A stretch of 62,400 nucleotides of DNA, counting the filler. It is 5 parts of 5 records of this genome, joined end to end, with 100 filler letters (N's around TTAATTAATTAA, not from the genome) between each part and the next. Parts side by side here need not be neighbours in the genome. Positions count along the whole stretch, not along the records: positions 11,516 to 30,296 come from SRR20825010_3693; 4 more parts are not named here. One strand, written 5' to 3'. The notes under the pieces are model-generated. The model was not told the DNA's origin, made no database searches, and saw nothing but the letters and a program-made list of their open reading frames with translations. Positions 17,396 to 26,077 of this stretch are shown one piece after another (positions within the stretch are counted from its first letter, which is position 1; the number at the start of each line of letters is the position of its first letter). Made by a program: the position numbers and the translations under genes.

Positions 17396-18676
17396 TCACC
17401 ACGCGAAATACGGCCACGGTCCGGCGTGATTTGCATGAGGTGGCATCTCGATGAAGCCGTCGGTGCCGGCGAGCGTGGCGACATCGCCCGAGCCTTTGCC
17501 GATCACCAATGCCGCAAGACCAGGCTGTGTCAGGCGGACGCCTCGCAACCAGTGCAGCGGCAGCGTCTTCTCACTGACCTCTTCCAGCATCACCAGCGGA
17601 GGAAACTCCTCCCAGTTTGTCATGCCGGCCAATTTTCGGATCAGTGGCATCGCGAATCGGCGGGCTCCCATCGTTGCGCTGACTGGGTTTCCTGGCAGTC
17701 CAAGGATCAGTGTCGACTTGGAATCGCTTTGGTGAACGGCACCTAAAATCGGTTTGCCCGGTCGCAGCGGAAGCTTGTGGAAGACGGTCTCTGCGCCCGA
17801 TTCCCGCAAGATTCGAGGCACGTAATCGTAGTCGCCCATCGAAACGCCTCCGGTCATCAGCACCACATCGTGATGCTCGATGGCATGTTGCACGGCCGTG
17901 AGAAGTGCGGCGGGTTCGTCAACCGCGTGCATCGGTGGTGCACAATCAATCCAAGGTTGATTGGTCAACAATCCGAGCAAAGCCGACGCGTTGCTGTTGC
18001 GGATTCTCCAGGGTGGCAAAGGCGATTGATCCGGGGCAGTGCCGGATGCCAATTCGTCTCCGGTCGTCAACACCGCGACGCGAACGGGTTTGTGCAGGTC
18101 GACTTGTTGGACGCCGAAGTTGGTCAATGCAGCGAGCCGCGGAGAGGTCAGTTCCAAACCCGCTTCCACAGCGATCGAGCCCGCCGAAAGGTTTTCTCCC
18201 TGACGTCGAATGTTGGCTCCGGCGGGGATCGACTTGGCCTGATCGGTCCACTGGATTTGGCCGAGCGAATGGGAGTCGCTTGCCGAAGCCGGCGCGGTTT
18301 CGTCGGTGTGTTCTCGCTGGATGACTCGATCGCAACCGACGGGAACGATCGCGCCAGTGAAGATTCGAATGACACCGGTGTCGGATGCGGACGGTGGAGG
18401 TGAACCGGGAACGCTCTCGCCGGTCACTTCGATCGGCCCTTCTTTTAGCAAGTCCGATTCGCGAATCGCGTAGCCATCCATCGCTGAAACGTCTGCCGCG
18501 GGGCTGTCACGGTCGGCAAGAATTGGTGTGGCGAGAACTCGCCGATGAAGTGATCGCAAAGGATCGTGTGATTCGCCGATTTCGACTCGCTGGACGCCGG
18601 TTGTCCCGATCCGCCGGGACAGTGCATCAATGGCTTCTTCGGGTGAGTCGAACGCGAATTTGGGAGTGGCGTTCAT
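17396..18676 (-). CDS. moeA: Molybdopterin molybdotransferase
   Basis: SAMDGYA, IRIFTGAIVP, VLTTGDEL, TGGVSMGDYD, LRPGKP, GLPGNPVS. Confidence 0.95.
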   Translation of the reverse strand: MNATPKFAFDSPEEAIDALSRRIGTTGVQRVEIGESHDPLRSLHRRVLATPILADRDSPAADVSAMDGYAIRESDLLKEGPIEVTGESVPGSPPPSASDTGVIRIFTGAIVPVGCDRVIQREHTDETAPASASDSHSLGQIQWTDQAKSIPAGANIRRQGENLSAGSIAVEAGLELTSPRLAALTNFGVQQVDLHKPVRVAVLTTGDELASGTAPDQSPLPPWRIRNSNASALLGLLTNQPWIDCAPPMHAVDEPAALLTAVQHAIEHHDVVLMTGGVSMGDYDYVPRILRESGAETVFHKLPLRPGKPILGAVHQSDSKSTLILGLPGNPVSATMGARRFAMPLIRKLAGMTNWEEFPPLVMLEEVSEKTLPLHWLRGVRLTQPGLAALVIGKGSGDVATLAGTDGFIEMPPHANHAGPWPYFAW

Positions 18677-18686
18677 GTTGGTTCAA

Positions 18687-19301
18687 TCAGGTGCTGTCGT
18701 GAGGAGGGCCCAAGTCGGCGGGCGTGTTGACGTTGCGAAGTCGGGTGGAGGGAATCGCAACGGTTTGGTGGTCGCTCGAACGTAGGTAACGATACAGGCT
18801 GCGGTGTTCGGATTCGACGACACGTTGAATAGAGTCCATGCAGCCGATGGGATAGATGCCCACCAAAGGCTGCAGAAGTTCCCGATCGGTTTGCTGTGCC
18901 AGCACGATTTGCGTCGGCGATTCTCGCCAGGCATGAACCAACGACAGCAGATCGTCGACGGACAAATCAGGTAGGTCCACCGGCGTGAAAAGACAACCTG
19001 CGTAACCGTTGGACGACGCGTGTTGCAGGGCGACCGAAACGCCCATGGCTGGTCCCAAGGCCGGCTGGGAATCAAACAACGCAGGAACCGACGGCGGCAA
19101 TTGAACTTGGGCTCGATGGGCCTCGGAGGCCAAGCTGACCACAATCTTTTCCTCACACACCGATCGCAATCGGTCCAGGCTGTGTGTCAGAAACGTTCCG
19201 CCACTTGGATGTGGCATCAAGGCCTTTGGCGTTCCCATTCGCGACGAACGTCCACCGGCTAGCAACACGCCGAGCAATGGAGGAGGAGCGGCGTGTGGCA
19301 T
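18687..19301 (-). CDS. mobA: Molybdenum cofactor guanylyltransferase
   Basis: VLLAGGRSSRMGTPKA, GPAMG, PVDLP, QPLVGIY, NVNTPADL. Confidence 0.88.
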   Translation of the reverse strand: MPHAAPPPLLGVLLAGGRSSRMGTPKALMPHPSGGTFLTHSLDRLRSVCEEKIVVSLASEAHRAQVQLPPSVPALFDSQPALGPAMGVSVALQHASSNGYAGCLFTPVDLPDLSVDDLLSLVHAWRESPTQIVLAQQTDRELLQPLVGIYPIGCMDSIQRVVESEHRSLYRYLRSSDHQTVAIPSTRLRNVNTPADLGPPHDST

Positions 19302-19311
19302 GGCGGTCAGT

Positions 19312-20724
19312 TCATTTCGCAACGCGACGTTGGTAGTCGGGCCAGACTTCTTCGGTGAACTTTTCTTCGCCCAAAGTGATCGTCTCGTTGACGTTCAAGT
19401 TGCCTTTGACGATGTGAGCGGAATTCAAAGCGTAGAAGCCAGGGACGCTGGTCACAATGTCAGGTAAACGCGTTGAGTAATCAATCGTGGCGAGTGCCGC
19501 GACGTATTTCGCTCGCGCGATCTTGAAATCGAGAACTTGATCGCGAGAGAAATGCTCGTACATCTTCTCCAGCGTCGACAAGCACTTCTCTTTGTAGTCT
19601 TCGTCGGATTCGTTCAGGCCCTCGTGATCATCGGGCAAGTACTTGGGCAAATAGACCAAGTGATTGCCGCCAAGTTGCTTGTCCGGATTCACGATCGTTG
19701 ACATCTCGATCACGGCGGTCAGCGGGACCCAGGTGTCGGTGATGTTGGTGACGTAGTACTCGCTGATGGGTTTCTTCATCAGCATCGAAGCGCACACCAC
19801 GCCGAGATAGCGGATTCCGCGATGTCGTTTCTTTTCTTCGTCGGAAAGTTGGGGGACCGTGTCGGCGATCACGGGCGACGCGATGGTGGAAACGACGTTG
19901 TCGAATTTCTGCGTGCGGCCGTCACCGAAATCGACTTCGAACTCCCCGCTTTCGAGTTTGCGGACTTGGCGTGCCGGCGATGAAGTGAGTGTTTCAGCTC
20001 CACGCTCTTTCAGCCAGCCAACCCATTTGTCCAGGATCGTTGCGTAGCCACCTGGCACATAGCCGAACATCTCCGTCTTCATGCCACTTCGGCGGGCTTT
20101 GTACATCCGAGCGGTGTGGGCCCAGATGAACGCGGCGGAGGTTTGCTTGTAGGCTTCGCCCAGTTTGGCTTGCAGGAGTGGTTGCCAGATCTTTTCGAAG
20201 ACGCCTTTGCCGGACCAGCGACGCAACCACTTTTCGACGGACAGTTTTTCGAGTCGTCGCCAATTTTTGATCTTGGAGGCGTAGAAGATCGTGCCGCCGA
20301 GCCGCAGCTTTTGAATCAGATTCAACGGCGGGAATTTCAAGAACTCCGCCGTGTTGCTCATCGAGATCAATTGTCCACCCGAGTAGAAACCCGTTTTGGT
20401 TTCGACCCAGTCCATTTGCGATTCCAAACCAAGGTCGGTCAGGAGGTCTCGCAGTTTGGTGTCGCTGAGCAGCGTCACGTGATAGAAGCGATCCCAGATC
20501 ACATCGCCCAAGTTCCAAGCACTGGTCAATCCACCGAAGGTGGGTGCGGCTTCGGCAATCGTGACCTTTTGGCCGCGATCGATCAGGTCACGAGCGACCT
20601 GCAATCCCATGACGCCACCACCGATGACCAACCAACGTGTGCTGGGAGAGCCGTCGTGGGTCGAACTGGAGTGGGGCGTGGAGGAGGAATCTGACACCGG
20701 GTTGGATGGGGAGGCAACCGACAT
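19312..20724 (-). CDS. FAD-dependent oxidoreductase (amine oxidase/protoporphyrinogen oxidase-like family)
   Basis: Rossmann motif VIGGGVMGL, EAAPTFGGL, WDRFYH. Confidence 0.85.
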   Translation of the reverse strand: MSVASPSNPVSDSSSTPHSSSTHDGSPSTRWLVIGGGVMGLQVARDLIDRGQKVTIAEAAPTFGGLTSAWNLGDVIWDRFYHVTLLSDTKLRDLLTDLGLESQMDWVETKTGFYSGGQLISMSNTAEFLKFPPLNLIQKLRLGGTIFYASKIKNWRRLEKLSVEKWLRRWSGKGVFEKIWQPLLQAKLGEAYKQTSAAFIWAHTARMYKARRSGMKTEMFGYVPGGYATILDKWVGWLKERGAETLTSSPARQVRKLESGEFEVDFGDGRTQKFDNVVSTIASPVIADTVPQLSDEEKKRHRGIRYLGVVCASMLMKKPISEYYVTNITDTWVPLTAVIEMSTIVNPDKQLGGNHLVYLPKYLPDDHEGLNESDEDYKEKCLSTLEKMYEHFSRDQVLDFKIARAKYVAALATIDYSTRLPDIVTSVPGFYALNSAHIVKGNLNVNETITLGEEKFTEEVWPDYQRRVAK

Positions 20725-20727
20725 CAA

Positions 20728-21555
20728 TCAGGTTCCTGAGACACGGTGGCGACCGAGCATCTTCAGCGTCAGCCAGATGGTCTTGAAGACTTGCATTTTG
20801 CTATCGCCACCCTTTTGGTCGTAACGCAGACGCAGTGGCGATTCGCCGAACACGCATCCTTGTTTGCGAAGCTTCAGTAAGATGTCGGCCATGCAGGAAA
20901 AGCCGGTCTCGCCAACGAAGTCGTCCCCGTAGTGATCGAAGGCGGCTCGCAGGGCCGATGCACGATAGGCTCGATAACCGGATGTGTAATCACGAACACC
21001 ACGTGTTGGGAACAGGACCGTGAACAACACGCGAGCCCCGATGCTGAGGAAGTGACGCTCGATCGGCACGCCAACGACTCGTGCGCCGTTTTGGAATCGC
21101 GATGCGATCACGCAGTCACATCCTTCGTGGACCGATTGCACCATGCGATTGATCAATCCGGGTGGGTGCGTGTTGTCGGCATCCATCGTAACAATGATGT
21201 CGCGTTCGCCGGCGCGGTCGACCGCCTCTTTCAAGCCGTCGCGGATGGTGACGCCGAGTCCTTGGTTGACTTCGTGCCGCACCAAATGGATTGGCATTTG
21301 GAAGGACATCTGCGAAGCGATTTTGGCCGTGTCGTCTTTGCTGCCATCGTCGACGATGACGACTTCGTATGGCAGACCGCTGTCCGCGAATGCTTCGCCG
21401 ATTCGTTCTAGCAATTCCGGCAACGATTGCTCTTCGTTGTACGCCGGGAGGGCCATGATGACTTTGGCCGGGCGGAATCGGTTGGTGATCGGGGCGGTGG
21501 TGGTCGCCGAAGCGGCGGGGACGGGCGATTCGGAGCCGATTACTGGGTCAGTCAT
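20728..21555 (-). CDS. Glycosyltransferase family 2 (polyprenol-phosphate sugar synthase-like)
   Basis: LPAYNEEQSL, VDDGSKDDT, TMDADNTHPP, RDYTSGYRAY. Confidence 0.92.
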   Translation of the reverse strand: MTDPVIGSESPVPAASATTTAPITNRFRPAKVIMALPAYNEEQSLPELLERIGEAFADSGLPYEVVIVDDGSKDDTAKIASQMSFQMPIHLVRHEVNQGLGVTIRDGLKEAVDRAGERDIIVTMDADNTHPPGLINRMVQSVHEGCDCVIASRFQNGARVVGVPIERHFLSIGARVLFTVLFPTRGVRDYTSGYRAYRASALRAAFDHYGDDFVGETGFSCMADILLKLRKQGCVFGESPLRLRYDQKGGDSKMQVFKTIWLTLKMLGRHRVSGT

Positions 21556-22194
21556 GCTGCTAATCAAGGTGGGGTGGAGGGCCGATCGTAGTGATGGGTC
21601 GGAAAAAGACGCGAGAACCGTTTGTAGGGACCGCACCGATTCGGCGGGCTCAGTCTATTCCGATGTTTGTTTTCAGCAACCAATTCGTTGGGCGCATGTT
21701 CCCCCGTCTGCCGGGGAGGAGGCCTTCTCGCGAGATTCCTGCACGATTCACCCCAGAATTCGTGAGGAAACCGGTTTCGAGGCGAAAATTGGCTGAAAAT
21801 GCCGCGGTCAGAACGCGGAATGCCAAATTGGCTCATCGAGAAGGGGCCGGTGGGGGCAGATGCTATGGGAGAATGGCGCCATGAAAGCTACTCTGAACCG
21901 GCCGCAGGCCACCCGGTAGAAGCCATCGAGTTAGAAAATGGTTGCTGGGCGGCTGCTGATGGCCCTCTCAAGCCCGTTTCTTCACCGTTTGGATGGGGAC
22001 GGAATTGAGATTCGTCGCGTGAATGCGGCGCAAAGTGTCGTCGCGGCGCGAATCGTGCTGCATGTTAGGAGGGTAGAGACGGAATCTGCCATCGCTTGGC
22101 ATCTGATGGTGGAGGTGTCGATCGAGAGTCCGCTTTCTACGACCACTGAAATTACTCGCTGACAAAACTAAATCGCCGACAATGGTCGGCATTG

Positions 22195-23370
22195 ATGGAA
22201 CGACGACTCATGTCTCTAGCCGGTCCGATGATCGATCTTCGCCGTTACGCCGATCGCGAACACCTGTTGCTGGCGTCCTACGCGATGCACAGTTCTGACA
22301 CGGCGGGGCGAGTGCACCCCGAACAACCGCACGCTTACCGCGGTCCCTACGGTCGCGACCGAGACCGTATCTTGCACAGCAGTGCGTTTCGGCGGTTGTC
22401 GGGAAAGATGCAAGTGTTCACCGGTGAGATGGGCACGTATCACCGAACGAGATTGACTCATACGTTTGAAGTCGCATCGGTGGCTCGGACGTTGGCACGA
22501 GTTCTCCGGCTGAACGAAGACCTCACCGAGGCGCTCGCGTTGATGCACGACATCGGGCATCCGCCCTTCGGACATTGTGGTGAGGACGTTCTCTCGGAAT
22601 GCATGCAATCGGTCGGCGGTTTTTCACACAATCAATTCGCTCTGACGATCGTTCAAGAACTGGAGCAGCGATACCACGCGTTTCCAGGGTTGAACCTATC
22701 GCAGGAGACTTTGGCCGGCCAAGACACCCGGGCGCACAAAGCCGAAGCCGCGGTTGGGCATGCACCGTTGTTGGAGGTCCAAATCGTCGATGCGGCAGAT
22801 TCAATCGCCTACGACGCTCACGACATCGACGATGCATTGCAGATGGGATTGTTGTCGATTGACGCTTTGTCTGAACTGGCGATCATCCGCCGGACGCTAG
22901 AACGCGTTCGCGAAAAGGCGGGCGAGTTACCCGTTGGGCCGCTGCGTCAATTGTTGGTTCACGAGCTGATTGATCTGCAGGTCGGCGATTTGCTTCACAT
23001 TTCGATCGAGCGGATGCAGGACGCGGACGGTTTGTCGGCCGATGCCGCCTGCCAGGCTGGGATTCGAGTCGGGCATTCGCAGACCATGGCATCCGAACGA
23101 GCCGAATTGGAGAGCTTTTTGTTCGAGGCTGTTTACCGGCACGATCGGCTGATGCCGGTCCGGGAAGCTGCCGCGAATCGAGTCCGGACGCTGTTTGAGG
23201 CATTGCACCAAAAACCCGAGCGTTTGCCGTTGCGGTTCCGACGTCGACTCGAACACCGGCCGAAAGACCGGGTGGTGGGCGAGTACTTGGCGGGAATGAC
23301 CGATCGATTCTGCGACCAGCAGTTTTCTGTCTTGCGGCAGTCCAAGAATGGTCCGCTGTCGGATTGGTGA
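22195..23370 (+). CDS. dgt: dGTP triphosphohydrolase (HD domain)
   Basis: RDRDRILHSSAFRRLSGKMQVF, RTRLTH, HDIGHPPFGH, DSIAYDAHD, YLAGMTDRF. Start approximate. Confidence 0.93.
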   Translation: MERRLMSLAGPMIDLRRYADREHLLLASYAMHSSDTAGRVHPEQPHAYRGPYGRDRDRILHSSAFRRLSGKMQVFTGEMGTYHRTRLTHTFEVASVARTLARVLRLNEDLTEALALMHDIGHPPFGHCGEDVLSECMQSVGGFSHNQFALTIVQELEQRYHAFPGLNLSQETLAGQDTRAHKAEAAVGHAPLLEVQIVDAADSIAYDAHDIDDALQMGLLSIDALSELAIIRRTLERVREKAGELPVGPLRQLLVHELIDLQVGDLLHISIERMQDADGLSADAACQAGIRVGHSQTMASERAELESFLFEAVYRHDRLMPVREAAANRVRTLFEALHQKPERLPLRFRRRLEHRPKDRVVGEYLAGMTDRFCDQQFSVLRQSKNGPLSDW

Positions 23371-23605
23371 GTAAATCAGTGCAGAGCATGTTTTTGATAC
23401 GCCGGAAGAGCTTGAAATCAATGGTTCCGGCCGGACAATTTGTCTCCCGTGGACGCACTCAATCGATTTGTGGCAACCGTTAACCTAGGGTTCTCCTGCA
23501 CAGGCGAACCCCCTGGGCGTTCCAGCGGTACCATCTACACTGGAGCCTCCCTCTTTTCGTCCCCGTATTTGCTGAAGCGGCGTTTTGACCAACGCTGCAC
23601 CCACC

Positions 23606-24613
23606 ATGGCACTGATTGTCCTGCGATTCATCTTTTTGCTGTGCGCCGGAGGCGTTTCAGCGATCATCAACACCTCCCTGCCTAGCGGCGGGTCAGAGGC
23701 GGTTCCGTGGTTGACGTTTGTCGCCATCATGGGGCTGGCTGTGGCGATTGTGGTGCTGGACATCTATGTGCCGCGGAAGCGGATCGACACGATCACGTCG
23801 GTGTATTTCGGGGTGCTGATCGGGGTCTTGCTGACTTTCATTCTGACGATTGCGGCGGCACCGCTGATCGAGATGACCAGTAACCTCCGGGTCTTCCAAT
23901 TGGTCGTCGGTTTGGTGCTGTGTTATGTCTGCACGTCGGTGTTGCTGCAAACCAAAGATGACTTCCGCTTCCTCATTCCGTACGTGGAATTTGTTCGTGA
24001 AGTCAAAGGGTTCAAGCCCTTGGTTCTGGACACCAGCGTCGTCATCGATGGCCGGATCGCGGACTTGGTCGCGACGGGAGTTTTCGACAACCAATTGATC
24101 ATGCCGCGTTTTGCCCTGAGCGAACTGCAAGCGATCGCTGACAGCAGTGACAAATTGCGTCGCACGCGAGGACGCCGTGGTTTGGACGTGCTGAACCGGC
24201 TGCGTGCGGACGAGAACGTTGACTTGCAGATCTTTGACCGTGAGCTGCCTGAATTGGCTGGCCAAACGGTCGATCTGAAGTTGGTTTTGTTGGCCAAACA
24301 TTTGGAAGGCAAGGTCGTCACCGGCGACTACAACCTCAACAAGGTTGCCAAGGTCCAAGGCGTTCCGGTGATCAACTTGAACGAGATCAGCAACTCGTTG
24401 CGGCCAGTCTTCTTGCCGGATGAATCGTTCCGATTGCGGATCATCAAACCCGGTGAAGGCCCCGAGCAAGGCATCGGCTATCTCGATGATGGCACGATGG
24501 TCGTTGTCGAAGGCGGGCGTCACAAAATCGGGCAAGAGATTGACGTGCGTGTGACCAGCACGCTGCAAACCAATGCTGGCAAAATGATTTTCTCAAAAGT
24601 GGACGGTCGCTAG
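23606..24613 (+). CDS. Membrane-anchored PIN/TRAM domain protein (YacL-like)
   Basis: N-terminal TM helices, LDTSVVIDGRI (PIN), RGRRGLDVL, GIGYLDDGTMVVVE...TSTLQTNAGKMIF (TRAM). Confidence 0.92.
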   Translation: MALIVLRFIFLLCAGGVSAIINTSLPSGGSEAVPWLTFVAIMGLAVAIVVLDIYVPRKRIDTITSVYFGVLIGVLLTFILTIAAAPLIEMTSNLRVFQLVVGLVLCYVCTSVLLQTKDDFRFLIPYVEFVREVKGFKPLVLDTSVVIDGRIADLVATGVFDNQLIMPRFALSELQAIADSSDKLRRTRGRRGLDVLNRLRADENVDLQIFDRELPELAGQTVDLKLVLLAKHLEGKVVTGDYNLNKVAKVQGVPVINLNEISNSLRPVFLPDESFRLRIIKPGEGPEQGIGYLDDGTMVVVEGGRHKIGQEIDVRVTSTLQTNAGKMIFSKVDGR

Positions 24614-24733
24614 GGTCCTTTTCGATTGACCCACTCGACTCGGGCATCCTGGCGACGTATCGCGGGATGTCTAGGGGATTCCGTTTCAGTCCCCCCGGAC
24701 GCTTCATCTGAATGTGCACCAAAGAAATAAGAC

Positions 24734-25063
24734 ATGGCCAAAAAGAAAACCGCGCCGAAAGTATTCGAATACGTCGAACCGATTGGCGATCGCGTTTTGG
24801 TTCGCAAGGACGAACCCAAGCGAGAGACTCGTGGCGGGATCGCTCTGCCTGATGCGGCCGAGATTCCAACCATCACCGGTCGAATCGTAACGATCAGTGC
24901 CGTGGTCGAAAACGATGAAGAGTTGCCGCTGCGTCAGTACGACAAAATTCTGTTTCACCCGAAGAATGCGATCCCGGTGGACTTGGAACACGACAATCAA
25001 TTGTTCGTTGTGCCGGTCGACGACATTGTTGCTGTCTTCCGTCGAGAGGCCCCGGAAGAGTGA
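24734..25063 (+). CDS. groES: Co-chaperonin GroES-family protein
   Basis: EPIGDRVLVR, ETRGGIALPD mobile loop, DDIVAV. No groEL adjacent. Confidence 0.8.
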   Translation: MAKKKTAPKVFEYVEPIGDRVLVRKDEPKRETRGGIALPDAAEIPTITGRIVTISAVVENDEELPLRQYDKILFHPKNAIPVDLEHDNQLFVVPVDDIVAVFRREAPEE

Positions 25064-25150
25064 CGGGCTGAACCGAGCAGAGTGCCAGCGGCAGTTTGCT
25101 CGTTCGTGTTGTCCGCGGTTTGCTACCGTCGATGCGATAGTCAACCGGAC

Positions 25151-26077
25151 CTATGAGACCAAGCCTTCGGTGACGCTCATGAAGACGTCTTCGAGCGTCG
25201 GATCGCGATCGTAGAAGGATCGCATTTGAACGCCCTGCGCGATCAAGTGATTGAGCAACGTCGACAAACCCGCGTCATCGGTTTCCAGTTCCGCGATCAC
25301 TCGATCCGGACGCATCTCTAAATCACGAAGGGCGGGGCTGCTGCGAAGGATCGAGATCCCGGCTTCGGCGTTCTCGGTGAATGCGATTTCGACTGTTCGG
25401 TTGCGTCGGATCTTGCGATAGACCTGGTCAATCGGGCCGCTCATTAGCAGTTGGCCGCGCTCGATGATGCCAATTGATGTGCAGCAATCGGCGAGTTCCG
25501 TGAGAATGTGGCTGCTGATCAGAATGGTTTTGCCCATCCGGCGCAGTTCTTTCAGCAACGCTTTGACTTCAACGCGTGCACGCGGATCCAAGCCGCTGGC
25601 GGGTTCGTCCAAGATCAGCACCGGTGGATCGTGCACCAGCGTTTTGGCCAGGCACAACCGCTGCTTCATTCCGCGAGACAAGCCGTTGACGAAGTCGTCT
25701 CGTTTGTGACCCAGGTCCAGCAGTTCGAGCACATTGTCGATGATGGGGCCACGTTGTGACCGAGCAATACCGTAGGCGACGGCGAAGAAGTCCAAGAACT
25801 CCCACACCCGCATCCCGTCGTAGACGCCAAAGTTGTCGGGCATGTAGCCGATCGCGCGGCGAACACCCATCGGGTCGTTCATCACGTCGCATCCGGCAAC
25901 TTCACCGCGTCCGCGAGTGGCTCGCAACAACGTGGCAAGGAAACGAATCGTGGTGCTCTTGCCGGCTCCGTTGGGACCGATGAAGCCAAACGTTTCCCCG
26001 GCGTCGATTTGCAAATCGATCGATTCGACCGCGGTGAACTCACCATAGTCTTTGCCAAAGCCTTCCAGGGTGATCAT
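25151..26077 (-). CDS. ABC transporter ATP-binding protein (ABC-2 exporter type)
   Basis: Walker A GPNGAGKST, signature LSRGMKQR, Walker B ILDEPASGLDP, ISSH. Confidence 0.96.
   Translation of the reverse strand: MITLEGFGKDYGEFTAVESIDLQIDAGETFGFIGPNGAGKSTTIRFLATLLRATRGRGEVAGCDVMNDPMGVRRAIGYMPDNFGVYDGMRVWEFLDFFAVAYGIARSQRGPIIDNVLELLDLGHKRDDFVNGLSRGMKQRLCLAKTLVHDPPVLILDEPASGLDPRARVEVKALLKELRRMGKTILISSHILTELADCCTSIGIIERGQLLMSGPIDQVYRKIRRNRTVEIAFTENAEAGISILRSSPALRDLEMRPDRVIAELETDDAGLSTLLNHLIAQGVQMRSFYDRDPTLEDVFMSVTEGLVS

Noticed and set aside
21640-22190. 550-bp intergenic region as a possible ncRNA or small-ORF locus
   Set aside because: I found no convincing structure, RBS-supported ORF or known RNA motif; it is probably a divergent promoter region.
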